64,000 nt of DNA from assembly GCA_030265395.1 (NCBI GenBank), contig JARFYF010000036.1, positions 27,120,397-27,184,396 of the forward strand, given 5' to 3'. Under the pieces are notes generated by a model that saw only the letters and a list, made by a program, of their open reading frames with translations, had not been told where the DNA came from and made no database searches. This stretch comes from Rhina ancylostomus (lineage: Eukaryota). Shown here in pieces: positions 25,743 through 39,869 of the stretch (its first letter is position 1; every line of letters begins with the position of its first letter). Position numbers and translations under genes: made by a program.

Positions 25743-28496
25743 CTGAAAAAATATGAACAGGTAATGTTACTTAGAAATAATAAAGTGGCTACGTGCAGGT
25801 TCTGGTTAATCTATTTTGATTTCCCTAAAATTACAGACTATATCTGAAGGTCACATAGCATCTGGAAAACCCACCTGATCCCTGTGCTAGGCTGACAATA
25901 AAACCCTTGAGTACCAATGCCACAAGGCCTCTGCAGGTCTTTGATCTTCTGCCTCATTCAACTGAGACAGCAATTATTCTTCTTAGGCAGTGCCTCAGGG
26001 TTGAGGATGACTTAAATGCAGCAATTACACACAGCAGAGTTGAGTGGGGAGGAGGTGGATTTCCCCCAAATGCTGTGTAATTTTCAAACGCTGTCTAAAC
26101 CCATTTGGAAACAGTGCAAAGAAAATTTTCTACCATACTTTTATTTTTAAAAATCTGATTCAAAAAAGAAGTCTAATGACCTGCAGGAATTCAGTGTAAC
26201 CAGAACAATGCGATTTGGTGTGGTGATAGATTAATTCATCTTTTAATCTTAAAACAAGTCAAAGCTTTTTATCTGTAATTAATAATCCACAATTAATGCA
26301 GCATTTTCATGTTTCTCAAGATTCAAATTGAATCATTACAGAGAAGTAATGCGAGATTATTTTTCCCTCCCAAAAATAAGAAAATATTCTCTAGCATTGT
26401 ATCTGTGGAAATCCAGCATTTTGTTCTTATCATCTACACTGTAATCTTGTATGCTTTTAGATTCAAACTACTTCCTTTCTCTAAAACGAAAGCACCATTG
26501 CATTTAGTGAGTTGAACATTGGATATCTGCAAGAGGATCCAATCATGCTTTTTCCTCCTTTAGGCAAGAGATTTTCCTTTCAGTAGAGTTATTAAAATGC
26601 TCAATTTCCAGGCAAAGTAAAGAGAAGAAGCTCCACTTCACTGGGACCTCCTGTGCATTGCCAGAAATACAACCTGATGGGACATGCCTGGACAAGGTGC
26701 AGGCTCAGCAAATCATGAACTGAAGATGGGGAATATTACTAGTCTCCAATCTAACTGCTAATGCTATAGGTTAAAGGACCATGCTCCTGAGAAATTCAAG
26801 GCACAGGAGCAGATTAAAAATTGAAAATTAGACTCTAGTTTCCAATATTGCCTCCCTGACAATCTTTAAAATCTCAAGACCATCTAATTGCCATTTGCCA
26901 GAGCAGCTGGAGGGAATGATTCCAATAGCCAAGAACAACAGGTGCATCCCTGCTTGCACCCCTATCGCACTGTGTGTCTATTCACATGCGTTCCCATTAA
27001 AATAGGACACTGAGCAAGTATTTCCACAGAGTAGGAAGATTTTGTTTATGCAGTGGCAAAATACATCAAGCCTTACTATGGCATGACACAAGTTCATTTG
27101 ACATGCACAAATACCCGATAGGGAAATTAGAATGGGCAAATAAGGCTGATTTTTGTTTTTGCATTGATACACTGACACCCATGGCATCACTCCTGTAGAC
27201 AAGCAAAATGACAGAGTCACCTTGGCCCTTTTTATATTAAATAATTATGAATAAGTTTGCTGCACGATATTGGAATAAGTAGAACGAGATTAGTTCATTC
27301 ATTTCATGGTGTGTGAGTTCTGACAGTTTCATATAACATGGTGCTGTCTCTTTGCGAGTTGTCTCAGACATGTGAAAGCTATCACTTGTAATTAATTCCT
27401 TGTAAGTGCGTTGTCTGGCACAGGATTTTGCCTGGTACTTTAGTGGCTTTGGTCTTTTATTCACCTCAGCAGTAGATGTAATGATTTGGATGCCAAATTT
27501 TCACCATGCAGAGCATTTGAGTGGTCCCTCCTGTGTCACCAAAATATGTTCCTAAAAAGGTGGCGAGCAGTATCTAAGTGAGCTTTCCAGCAGCACTCCT
27601 GCTTTTTCCTAAGCAATGTATACATGTTCTATTATTCAGTAAACTTGCTGCATCAGCATTTGCCTGGACATTGTGGTAATACTTATATTTAGCGGTATCC
27701 TAATTGCAATTAAATATTAGGATAACTACACCATCATGGTACAACTCACAATTTAGTACTGCTTGTCCCATCAAAACCACAAACTCCCCAGAGAACAGAG
27801 TTTAGTGATGCTAACAGTGTGGAGAATGCTAAATGGGATTATTTATATCCTAGGGGCTTGGGACAGCTTTACACTATGGTAGTGCCTTCCTAAAGTAAGT
27901 GCATTCCGTTGTTTCTTTATAAATTCATAAACTTTAGGAGACAAAATCTTGCAGACAGCAGTAATTTTTTTTGGTTTGTTCCCCTTGTACGATTTTGCAA
28001 ATGGATGGACTTTGCAAGTTTGTGCTCCACTGTCAGGAGTGCAAATATGCAAAGTCCACTCATAACTGCTGCATAAATATTAAAAACTAAATTTAAATCT
28101 ACAGTAAGAAAATTTCTGGCCTGTCATTACCATAAAAATTAGTGAATATTCATTATCTACTGGATACGTCTCACCACAGCTAATAGCTCAACTACTGCAA
28201 CACACGGCATTCCTAGTGTGGCAGGGAAATGGAAATTCACATTCTTTGCTCTGCTGCACCACACACCAACATTCAGGCAGGTAGGTTTACACATGGTGGG
28301 AACTCAGAGAAACCTGGCAAAAAGCAGGGATCTTGAGTTTCCTAGTGATGGTGCTGTCAGAGCCAGCAACCCCTTATATATTTTGGGGGCCACAGCACTG
28401 GAACCTCAGTTTCATTCTGAAAATGATACCACAGAGCTAGAAATACTTTGAGAGCAATAAGATTTTTGAGTCATGAAGAAACTCTTTTGTACTTAC

Positions 28497-28748
28497 CTGA
28501 TTGATCCTGTGTTGCATTTCCTTCAGACGTTGCTCACTGTGGCTCCGTTCATTGTTAAATCGATCCAGTAACTCTAACTTTTCTTGACTCCAGTTCTTCT
28601 CACTGATTTGAAGCTGCTGTGTTAGATCCATTACTGCACTGTAGGACTCTGCGAGTAGCTGCTGATGTTCTTCCCTCTCCCACTTCAAAGCGGTCTTCAG
28701 ATCACCAGGAGATTTCTCAGAAGCCAGTTTCCCAGCCCTACCTTCCAG
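28497..28748 (-). CDS. SOGA1: SOGA1/MTCL2 coding exon (252 nt, phase 0-0): [42 protein letters not shown]...QHRINQ
   Basis: Acceptor cccaaaacag, donor CAG|GTAAGT; family motif ERE.HQ.LLA.S.S.VMDL..Q...SEKNW..EK.ELLDR. Confidence 0.9.
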
Positions 28749-29164
28749 CTGTTTTGGGACAGTTAAACATTCAGTTCCTTACTCTGAATCCCAGCATTTT
28801 TTTTCTAAAGCTTCCTGATTCTAACCCTTAACAGTGCAATGACATGCAAAAGACTTGGTTCTTGCGATCTGATGGCTGATGTTACCTCCCTGGTGATTTC
28901 CAGTGCTTTTCCTGTCCTTCTGGCACTTACATAAAATGCATGACAAAAACACATTCCTTGCTTTACTTTTTAAAACAACCTTTGGTTTACTGATTTTATA
29001 AAATAAAATTGTGTACTTCAAACATTTTCTGGAATGTAGATAATTCCCACTTGTCTGATTACACAGGAGTAAACTCTGGAGTCTTCTTACTAGAAGCAGG
29101 GAATTGCAATAGAGAGGGACCACTATAACACCATTGCTCTGGTTCTTTCTACCATGGTTATGAC

Positions 29165-29400
29165 AACTTAAATATTCTCTCTGTGATCTGCATGAGTTTC
29201 CTCTGGGTGCTCGGTTTCCTTCCACATCCCAAAGATGCGCAAGCTGATAGGTAATTGGCCACTGTAATTGCCTCTCATGTGTAGGTGAGTGATAGAATCC
29301 AGTGGAGAGTTGATGGAAATGTAGAGAGACTTAAATAGGATTAGTATAAGTGGGTACTTGATGGTCAGCACAGTCTGTTTCTGTGCCTTATGCCTCTGTA
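29165..29400 (+). mobile_element. V-SINE / HE1-type SINE (5'-truncated)
   Basis: tttcctctgggtgctcggtttccttccacatcccaaagatg...ggtaattggccactgtaattgcc V-domain. Confidence 0.75.
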
Positions 29401-30049
29401 ACAAGCACAACTTCCCTGATAAAAATGAATTCCAGGATTAGATTTTTGGGTCACCATGTCCTAGAGGAGGCAGTAAAATCTTTTAACTTTCAGTGCACAA
29501 GTCCCTATATTTGGAGTGGGGCCTGTGATATGTAAACCTACTTTATAATCCACTGACAGCAGGATATCATCTGACTTCAAGAATATTACCAGAAAAGCAA
29601 ATGAAATTGAGTAACCATAAAAGATTATATGGAGAATGACTGAAGTCTGCTATCAACATTTTCAGAACAAAACTGAGGTATCTCCTCACTCAACTGAGTA
29701 TTCTCTACATGTCCCTGCCACAGACAGACAAATAGTTCTCAGCTGAGGTGAGCACAGAGGCCAGGAGCATTTTCTGCATCCACAGTGACACAAACGCATA
29801 TTTAACTGAAAGAATGCATCTCATTTCCATGCTTCATTCTGCTTCATTGTTTAGACTCAAGATTTTTATCTCAGAGAACTGCTCCTAAGAGACTGCAATC
29901 TTTATCCATTTCTAATATGAGCAAGTCTCGGATGACAAATGTTTTCTTCTGACTCTGGCTTTATCACACCAAATATCCCCAGTGAGGTCATCCAAGAAAT
30001 GGTACGGTTCTGACTCTTAACCCTGAAATACAGGAAGACAGCCTAAAGA

Positions 30050-30770
30050 ATAGACAGATGTGTGGTGTCTTACATGACCTCAGGACATCCCAAAATCCTT
30101 TACATGCAATGAAACATATTTGACATGTGGTCACCATGATCATCTTCTTAGGCAGTCCCTCAGGACTGAAGATGACTCACTTCCACTCTGGTTTTGTGTG
30201 CCCCGAAAGGACTGACTGTACACTAATGCAATGCTTCCGTGCTCCCAATGTACGGATTCAAGGATTCTCGATATCATCCTGATTATTCCTCCTCCACTTT
30301 CAGAGATCATGGGTCAGGGATTTCCAAATGTCAGTGGGAAAGGCTTTGAACACATCCTCGAATCTTTTTCTCGGCATTCCTTGTAATCTTTTTCCTGAAC
30401 AGAGCTTGGAATATAATGTCTGTTTCAGGAGTCATGACAGTTAATTTGCTTATAACAAGCTTTAAAGAAGAACCGTGAGATAAGGAGTAGTTAATTTCCT
30501 TATCCTGATGTCGACTGAGGATTAAATTTTGGCTAGTATGCCGGAAATATCTCCTTTCCTCTTCTTCACAACAGTGAGATGGGATCTTACAAGATCATCA
30601 GAGATAGATGAGTCTGTATTTAAGATCTCATTTGGAAGATGGCAACACTGATAGGACTTCTTCAATCCTGCTCTGGAATATTGATCTAGATCTGTGCTAT
30701 CAGGACCAGAACCTTGAATTTTCAAAAGGTGAGAAGGCTACCTATTGCTATATGGGCTGATACCTACAAA
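30050..30770 (-). mobile_element. Deu-domain SINE (SacSINE1/AmnSINE1-like) interrupted by an RTE fragment
   Basis: 30060-30140 (cctcaggacatcccaaa...tacatgcaatgaa) and 30437-30770 (agttaatttgc...agtgagatgggatctt...tttaagatctcatttggaagatggca) resemble the Deu-SINE tail and core as I recall them. Confidence 0.55.
30141..30435 (-). mobile_element. RTE-clade LINE 3' end
   Basis: Minus strand translates LLKQTLYSKLCSGKRLQGMPRKRFEDVFKA...PTDIWKSLTHD..KWRR, an RTE RT C-terminal motif; ends in gactgcctaagaag. Confidence 0.75.
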
Positions 30771-31139
30771 CCATATCATATTGACTATCATGTATCACAA
30801 TGGATTGTAATTTCTTCTTTCAGATTGAAATGTTCTTGGTGGTTGTGGAGTAAAGGTGAAGGTGCCAACAGTCTATGATGATTTTGGGTATAGGAAAAAT
30901 AGACCAATTTAGGGCCGAATGGAGATGCAAACAAGTGATCGTTTACAGATTGTTTAGCTTACAATAACTTGAATACGGCAGTCTGGTTTGACACATTTGT
31001 ACCTTACCAATCAAATAATCTCATTTCAAAGGCTGCAAGTATTACAGACTAACATTTGCACCGCAATTTAGACCAAGGAAGGCCTAATATGAATGCAAAC
31101 TTAATTCTCCATTTATTTCTGGCATCAGAATCTTGATGT

Positions 31140-32820
31140 TATAAAATTTCTCACAGGTGAGTAATGATAAAAAAGGTCAAGTAACCTGCTGGAACTCATC
31201 AACGATTTCAAATCAAATTTTTCTAGTCCACTTACGACACTGAGAACTGCCTGGCAATGTGGATAATTAGCTATCTCCTGTTCACAAAAAGGTCAAATCC
31301 AATCCAGCTATTTATGGTCCAATCACTCTACACTCAAGCATGAGCAGACTGATGCTCCTGAAGATGGATCAAAGAGCTGAATCTCAGGGGTGAAGTGAGA
31401 GTGGCTGCCTTAACATCAAGGAAGCATTTGACGGAATGTGGTGTCATAGATCCTTAATGAGAAAGGGTATCAAGAGTAAACACTCCAGTCATATCTCTGA
31501 CAAAGTAAGATGGTTGTTGTTCGAGGTCAATTGTCCCAGCCACAAGCTATCAATGAGGGAGTTCCTCAGAGCATTGCCCTGAGCACAACCATTTTCAGCT
31601 GACTTTCCTGTCATCATAAGTGGGAACGTTCACTGTTGAGTGACATAGACAAGGTGAATGGTCACAGTCCTTTTCCTAGGGAGCCTAAACCAGAGGGATA
31701 GGTTTAAGGTGAGAGGGGAAAGATTTAAAAGGGACCTGAGGGGCAACTTTTTCCACACAGGGGCTGGTGGGTAAATGGAACAAGCTGCCAGAGGAAGCTG
31801 TAGAAGTGGGTTCAATTACAACACTTAAAAGAAATTTAGAGAGATATGGCTATGAAAGATTTAGAGAAATACGGGCCAAATACAGGGAAATGGGATTGAC
31901 TTAGACAGGCATCATGGCTGGCCTGGATGAGTTGGGCCAAAGGGCCTGTTTCTTTGCTGTATAACCTTGACTGCAAAATATTCAATTCCATTCCAAACTC
32001 TCAGAAGATGAAGCATCTGTGCCTGTAAACTTAGATAACATTCAGGAATAAGCTGATATGTGTTAAGAAACACATGTGCTGTTGAATTGCCGGACAATTA
32101 CCATCTCCAACAAGACAGAATCTAACCACCTACCCTTAGCATTCAATAGCATTATCATTGCTGAGTCCTGAGGGTCATCATTGACCAGAAACTCAACTGA
32201 CTAGACATGTTAGATACCATGGCTACAAGAATTGATCAGAGGCTGTGTATCCTGTGGTGAGTGATTCAACTCCTGGCACACCATCTACAGGCATGAGTCA
32301 AGAGCATGATGAAATATTTTCCACTAGACCACATCTAACAATATTCAGAAGCTGACACAGCAGCCCTGTTAGGTGGTATCCCCCTCCACCATCCCAGTGG
32401 CTGNNNNNNNNNNNNNNNNNNNNNNNNNNNNNNNNNNNNNNNNNNNNNNNNNNNNNNNNNNNNNNNNNNNNNNNNNNNNNNNNNNNNNNNNNNNNNNNNN
32501 NNNCTGACAAAGCAGCCCTGTTAGTTGGTATCCCCCTCCACCATCCCATTGGCTGCAGTGTGCACTATTTACTAAATGCACTTTCGTTGCAGCTGTTGGC
32601 TACTCCGACTGCACTCATGTAGCAGGCACGTAGGAACATCATCATTTGCGGTTTCTCCTCCATATAGCTGTTGCTGGCTCTAAATCTTGGAACTCCCGTC
32701 CCAACCACATTGTGGGAGTACCTTCACCAGAAAGCTTGCCGTGGTTCAGAGTGGCAGTTCTCAAGAACATTTGGGGAATGGGAATAAATGCCAGCACAGC
32801 CCACATCCCAAAAAATATTG
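31140..32820 (+). mobile_element. Old CR1-like LINE fragment with a younger CR1/HER1 3' end inserted at about 31630-31970
   Basis: RT remnants (NIKEAFDGMW, GVPQ-like) flank a better preserved aggtttaaggtgagaggggaaagatttaaa...gggcctgtttctttgctgtat segment. Confidence 0.7.
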
Positions 32821-34849
32821 CCTAGAGTTTTGACTGAATCTATACAGATTAGTTCCAATGCAGTACATAACCTTACACCTAATGCAAACCCAATTAAGAA
32901 GCTAAACAGAGTTTTTACATGATCAAAACATAATATTAATGCCCTAGATCAACCCAAATGCATTCAAAATTGAAGCTACACCAATACAAAACAATAAGAG
33001 GAATTAATCATTTTCATAATGATGCAGTTGTACATCACCTAGATGCCATGACAGCTGAAACTGATCTTACCTTCAGTGCCATTAAATTACAGTGTGGATA
33101 ATGAGGCCAGATTTTGGTGTCACGTGACACTGAGGCAAGNNNNNNNNNNNNNNNNNNNNNNNNNNNNNNNNNNNNNNNNNNNNNTATTGGAGATTTTGAA
33201 AAGTTGATGTCTAAGATCCGCCACACTGCTGCTTGCCTTCTAATTGAAGCACAACATTTGATTTTTTAAAATTTCAAAAATAAACTTTATTCATAATAAA
33301 AACTTGCTGTATTTGTGCAATATGGGAAATCTATACAATACAGAGAAGATAAGTCTTGTCTATCTGTGTCTAAGTCCCCTTTTAACTAGTTAGCGGTGAT
33401 TCTTCCAATCATTATCATGTTACCACTAATGTTCAGGTTTCAGGTTTTTACTCAGGTTAAAATTCAGGTTTTAATTTTGTGGAGAGTTTAGGAATGATAT
33501 TCTTTTGTTTTCTCAATTTCCTTATTCTCTCAATCCACACTTTATTTCCCTTTCTAATTCTTCCTCTTCCATATCTGGCATAGAATACAACTGTTCTATT
33601 TTACATTTCCTTCTGAACTCTTGTACTGTTAATTTCACAATCCTTTAACCTGAGCAGTTAAGGAACTACATAGTTACTTGGCCCGTTCATTCTGGTACCA
33701 AATGCAGTGTTTTCTTTGCTATTCTGTTAGTAGTTTACACAGAAAACTGGCACAATAAAAAATTAAAACTGCAAGGTCAAGACTAGCTAACCTGTNNNNN
33801 TGTTAGATGCCCTGCAGCATCAAAGAAAGACATAATGTAGAATAGATGATTTGAATTAGTGCTTCCAGCATTGACACTTACTGTATGGACTTTGCTAATG
33901 GAAAGAGAACAGTGGCAAGTTCTAATATACAAGACTTTTTAAAAAAATTTCTAACCAGTTTCTGGTTGAAAATTTCCAAATGGATTGCATTTCTGCAAAA
34001 AAAAAAGAACAATCTGCCTTAAGGGATAGATTTCTCACAAGGTTTGCCAGTCAATGCATGGCATATAAATGTCCATCTGAATCACAGCATTTCCATTCCC
34101 AGAGCTGTTACATGCAGCTGTGCCTCTGGGTCAGCCTAATGAAGGAAGCTGCGGTCTACTGAACTAAACCCTTGTAATAGTATGGTTTAGTCATATCAGC
34201 CAACATGTGTATGTCATTTTGTAAATCAGTGCAGCTATTAGTAGGAAAATGAAGGAGGGAGATGATTCCATGAGCAATGACGCCAGAAAAATCCATCATT
34301 TCACTTAAAGTCAGTAGTTTGAATAGATACAGAAGTCCTTTGTAATTTTACATTTAAACTAGCAACAAAATCACAGCACTCTATAAATATAATATTGTTA
34401 GAATTATTATATAGGTATTATTTAAGTTCTCCCATCACTTTGTTATGGTTTGGCCAGTTAAATTGCTGCTTAGAAAGCAGAACAAGATTTTTCTGTTTAA
34501 AAACTGTAAAATGACACAAAAGGGAGGTCACTTTAAGTTGGCACAAACAATACTTTAGGCAAAGGCAGCTGTCTGGTTAAACATAGACATCCAAAACACT
34601 GCTGCCCAATTTCTGCCACACTAATTTTAACAAAAACGACATATCTTACTGCCAAACAAATACCTGATCAATGTGAAGTTGCCACAACTTACTGGTAGAT
34701 ATAAACTAAACTCCGTCTTAATGAAGTGATTAACTCTTGATGACTTCCAAACTACCTAGCTCTGGAAACTAGTTATTAAGAAATGTGGAAAGCTATTTGT
34801 TCAGGTGTTGTTGGTGAAGCATTTAAACATGTCAAATATAAAATGGAGC

Positions 34850-35035
34850 AAAAACAAACTGCTGGAGGAACTCAGTGGGTCAGGCAGCATCTGCAAAGCA
34901 GAGGGATAGTTGATGTTTTGGGTCAAGATCCCGCATTAGGACCCGTGCCTATCCTTCTGCCTCCGCAGATGCTGCCTGACCTGCTGAGATCCTCCAGCAG
35001 TTTTTGCTCCAGATTCCAGCATCTGCAGTCTCATT
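34850..35035. repeat. Fold-back dispersed repeat with ~40-bp inverted arms (related copies at 3675-3800, 11470-11710, 17650-17720, 61655-61850, 62465-62590)
   Basis: aaactgctggaggaactcagtgggtcaggcagcatctgc ... gcagatgctgcctgacctgctgagatcctccagcagttt. Confidence 0.75.
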
Positions 35036-37705
35036 TCTCAAATATAAAATGGAAATTATCCTTAAGCTTGTCCTTTGTTTCTTACGCTCTCTCTTTCTGA
35101 ATCTACTCTTTCCTTCTCTTTATTTCCCTTCCCATTCTTGATTTGTCATTGAATTCAACCATTCTAATCAACACCATCTTTGGGGCCTTTGAGCTGTTTA
35201 TTTTGCAGTCCTTCAATCTGATTGCTAAGTGCATGCAGTTATTAGCTGTGATCACTCAGATCTCAGTTAACTCAAACCTCTGTGTCACTATAGCTCATAC
35301 TTTCAGCAAATTGCTAAACAATAATTTAAAAGTTCCGAACATGGTAAATTTAACTAATTGGAAACACCATTGGATGCCTTTCCATAGCAAAGCCATTGAA
35401 TCAGTATCATTGTGATGTAACAGCAATGATAATATTCACAATTTGTCCACAGAGCTAGTAGAAGACTTTACTAAATTACACTTTAAAGTGAGTGTCAATT
35501 ATTATCAGTTTTATCCAATTTCACATTTTTCATTTGCAATGTATATCCATTAACCTTATAAAGCTACGTTAATATTCTGCTTAAATGGGTTAATTTCTCA
35601 TTATTTAGTTGCAAATCAATATTTTTTTCGGATGTTTATAAATTCTCAATTTAGCAGATTTTGCCTACATTGAAGAGAGTGGTTAAGTAGGAATTCCTTG
35701 CTCTGAAGTGCTTTGGGATGCTCCGAGGATATGATGAGTCATTTGTAGATTCAGAAATTCCTTCCAGAAATAACTTCTGGCAATGTTAGTGAACAGTATT
35801 TAATAGCATTGTGCAACATTTGTCTACTTGCTACTTAAGGGAGAATAGAATGTTGCACAAATGCACTGTACATTCACCCACTGAAATCACCATGTCATTT
35901 TTAACTAAAGATATCCGTAGAAAGTCACTGAAAGGAATTAGTCAAATATTTAATCTGCATACACACTTTTTAAAGAAATCCTGAAGTACTGATTTGGGTT
36001 TGAAGAATAAGCCCAAAATATACAATTAAAATACAATTATAGAACAAAATGAAAAAGAGTGATAGTTGTCTTATTGAAGTAATAATTCAGAGGACACGTT
36101 TGAACCCAACCACACTAGTGAAATAGTTGTTTAGGGAAGGAAATCTGCAAATTTTACTCGATTACATACAAAAGTGATTCTAGTCCCAAACTGACCATCA
36201 TTAAAGTGATCTCCCAAGTAAAAATATTAATCCAGGACAACTAGATATGCAGTAGAGGGGCCAGTAACATTTACTTTGAGAATCAAGGAGGAAAAATGAT
36301 GGACAGCAAATAGGAGATATATAAAAAAATGCCTTGGGGCTCATTTATCAAAGTGGAAACAACTGCTTACAGTAAAACAGTATCTCAGATCCACTGGGAA
36401 GAATGCTTCTTCTGCATTCATTTTCTGCAGTCAGGAAAAAGTGAAGACCAGACCATTGTGCAGGTTGCACCTTGAGATTAGGAAGTGATGCAAGTAAGAA
36501 TTGTATCATCAAGTTTTATGCTTAAACCATAATTTCATATAGAAATGTCAAAAGAGATATAATGGCCTCTACGTGACTGGAGATTTATTTCTATTCTAAA
36601 GCCTTGAGATTCGAACATCTATTATCAGTAATAATATCTGCCAGTACTATGGACTAGTGGCTTTCCCAATTATAGTTACAACTAGTCAAACGTGAAGTTC
36701 TGCATAGGAATGACTCAACAGCTAGTGGGTAATTTTCAAAGCTCACAGTAACGGCAGGCAAGCTTGTCCACTAGCTGTGCATACCAGGATATCCGACTCT
36801 TACAAAGCACATTTACTGATCCTTCTCTGTTGAAGGGTACACATAGGATCACTTTGATCATTAACAAGAGACCCTGGACATGTGCCATAAATCTTTGGCA
36901 CACAAACTGATAACCTGCTATCATAAATAAAGCTATAAATCAACAATCGCAGCACGATAATGTGGGTAGTTTATCTTAAAATGGACAAACTTCCTGGCCT
37001 TGAGAACTTCAGTAACGGCTTAGAAATTTGGCTGACCCACTAACTATATAGCTTAATTTACTCCCAGTTATTCCAGGGAGAACCTGTTACACATTAGTCA
37101 TTTTAACACACACTGCTACATGAAACACCATTTTAGCAGTGATGCCATATGAAAGACTCAGTTACATTTTATCCATCTCAATTCAGATCCACCTTACCAA
37201 TTACAAGATGCTTAAATCTGGAAAGTCTTTGATGAACAGATCATTAGGCTTGCACAAACAATGGCACACCTCCAAGGTACATTCTGGTTATTCATACTTA
37301 GGAGGCTATAATGTATTATGGCTGTTTTTAAGTTGATCACAAATCTCTCCTTACCATCCCAACTTCTGTTTTAAAGCTGCCTTTAAAAATAATTACGACA
37401 GCTATCAATTACACACATGCTTGATACTCAGAATTACGTTTATTTGAATGAACTCAATTAAGAAAGACACTATTTCTGTTTCCCACCTTACTAATTTCCT
37501 GTTATCAAAGTAAAGTCTCCAATAAGTAGTAAATTGACAGATTTAAATCAAAACAAATGCAAGCACAAATGATCCTTAATGTTATTTGCATTACAAAATA
37601 AGAGTGCAGTCATCTTGTGATTATTGACATTGAGTGCAACAATGATTATGGCTGGCTGCCAACACAGTACAAGTAGCTGAAAGAGTACTTTCAATCTCTG
37701 CTTAC

Positions 37706-37873
37706 CTGTGCAACACGACTTTTGAGTTCCACCCTTTCTATTTCCCAGGCTGATTTGGCATTTGCAAACTGTAGCTGAAGCTCATTTGTTCTCCTTCTTT
37801 CTTCTTTTAATTCTGTGCACAGGTCTTTTAAAATCATTTTAATGTCTCCTACAACTCTATTGTATTCATTTGA
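37706..37873 (-). CDS. SOGA1: SOGA1/MTCL2 coding exon (168 nt, phase 0-0): SNEYNRVVGDIKMILKDLCTELKEERRRTNELQLQFANAKSAWEIERVELKSRVAQ
   Basis: Acceptor tttatattttccag, donor CAG|GTAAGC; family motif A.K.AW..E..ELK. Confidence 0.9.
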
Positions 37874-38899
37874 CTGGAAAATATAAAGATCAGCCCAAAA
37901 TATTATTTCTGTTAAACAAACTAATCATCCTTGCTAGAATGTACATAATCTTTCCAGCTGACAATGCTCAGCCTTACAATTATGAATCAACTGAATAAAG
38001 TAGAAAAACCTGTAGCAGAACTGCATGTTAGCATAATAAATGTTAATATGAATATTAGGAAGTAATGGTTGCCTTTATCAAACTGAATGACCTGACAAGC
38101 ACACTCAGTGTTGGAAAAATAACTTAATAAGCAGTAGGTAGTTGGAATTGTAGGGAACTGGGTCTTATTATAAAAATCTTACAGACAAAATACCAATACT
38201 TCCCTGCATTTTTGTTTGGACTTTCTGAAAACTTAAATTTTATGCATCTAAAGTCACCCAGGAGCTGCAATAAAGCAAACTACCAAAAGGTTGGAAAACA
38301 AAACTGTACTTACTAGTCTATTATGACAGCAACTGAACTTCACTGCATAAAAGCCAGAAGCTGGCTCATGGAATCCAAATTTAAGAAATGAGCAATAGTT
38401 ATTGTCGAGTACTTCTGAAACATTAGTGAATTCACTAACACTCTCAGGAATCAATGGCTCATCCCCTATTCTTTCTAGACCATACAATTTACATACATTA
38501 ATAAGCTTGCTGATGACATTGATAAGTAGGACAAAGAGGTAGTGCTAAAGGATACCCAAAACAATTTATACCTTTTATCAAATGATAAAATAAATTTGTC
38601 AACACATCAACAGATTAGTCATCCAACTACAGTGAAATCATATATATGCTATAATAATTCCAGCACCCTGTGGTTTCAAAACACTTAAAAAAATAATTAC
38701 AATTAATGCCTATATTATACTATATCAAAATTGGAATGGTAGTAACATATAATTGCTACCTCAGTAAAAAAAAGAGGGTCAAACCCACTTGAGTTTATAA
38801 TTGAGATGAACCCAGTATGTACTTAATATTTAATTTTGGTTAGCGCACATGACAGCAAATATTCCTTTGCATTGTGATAACTGACTATTACTGGTGTAC

Positions 38900-39064
38900 C
38901 TGCTTTGGATGTGATGCAAGGACAGATTTCTCCACTGGAAGAGTCAAAGCCTCCTCCAAGGTTTTCTGAGACTGATCATCTGTTGTCACTGTCTTATTGT
39001 CCACTTGGCGAGGNNNNNNNNNNNNNNNNNNNNNNNNNNNNNNNNNNNNNNNNNNNNNGTTAAC
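38900..39064 (-). CDS. SOGA1: SOGA1/MTCL2 coding exon interrupted by a 45-N gap: VN...PRQVDNKTVTTDDQSQKTLEEALTLPVEKSVLASHPKQ
   Basis: Acceptor gtgtttggcag, donor CAG|GTACAC; frame is kept across the gap as given; position between two confident exons. Confidence 0.65.
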
Positions 39065-39638
39065 CTGCCAAACACATTGAAGCACAGGGATTGTTTGACA
39101 GAACTGCACAAAGGACATGAATCACACAGCACAGTGCACTGTGACACATTGACAATGGCCGTTAATCTTTTGCCATAGTATACAAATATACTAACAATCA
39201 ATTTTAAAATGAATGGAGCACACAGCTTAAAAAGAGGGCAACCTTCTGACTTTCTGTTCCTCAGTGGTGAAATGCTCTAGCCAAAATTAATCAAGGACTT
39301 TAATGTGCAAAATTATTTACCCATTTTTTTTTGTCAGAAATCTGTTCATTATACTCATAGCACTTTTGTGCCCTCTTTCAGTAGAAGTCCCTTAATAGGA
39401 GCACAGTTCCTTCCACTTATTGTTTGTTCAATCTGCTACATGCAGACTATGAACTCACTACGTTTCCCTGTAATTCACTAAGATTTGTGTACCCATCTAT
39501 TTCCCTGATAATTAGATAAACTAACCAAAGTAACTGTATATCAATAGGAAGTTATACTTGTATTAATTGCATGTATTTTACAGATGTGCTGTTGGATTCA
39601 GATTTTCAAAAAGATTTTTAAGATTTGAAATAATGCAC

Positions 39639-39869
39639 CTCTAGTAAATCATCCCCATCATTATCCATCTTCTTGCCACATTTCCAGTGTTTCAGGAACC
39701 ATTTCAGCTTCATATAAAGCAGGAAGAGGTTTTGCTTGAACTGATCAGCTTCCTTCACAAACAAGTTTTTCTCCTGGCTCCAGAATTTCTGCTCAAGTTT
39801 GGTCTGCAAATTCAGGCTCTGCAGCTCAAAATCTCTTCGCACAAGTGCCTTTTGTTGCTCCTCCTTAAG
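39639..39869 (-). CDS. SOGA1: SOGA1/MTCL2 coding exon (231 nt, phase 0-0): LKEEQQKALVRRDFELQSLNLQ...FLKHWKCGKKMDNDGDDLLE
   Basis: Acceptor ttccttccatag, donor GAG|GTGCAT. The WSQEKNL...KQNLFLLYMKLKWFLKHW motif is typical of MTCL/SOGA proteins. Confidence 0.9.

Noticed and set aside
27237-27464. 75-aa intronic ORF on the gene strand
   Set aside because: No convincing splice sites or family similarity, and the flanking exons already join in frame.
32352-32555. Direct repeat of ~52 nt on both sides of a 100-N gap
   Set aside because: Near-identical copies flanking a placeholder gap are most simply an unmerged contig overlap or two alleles, not a real tandem array.
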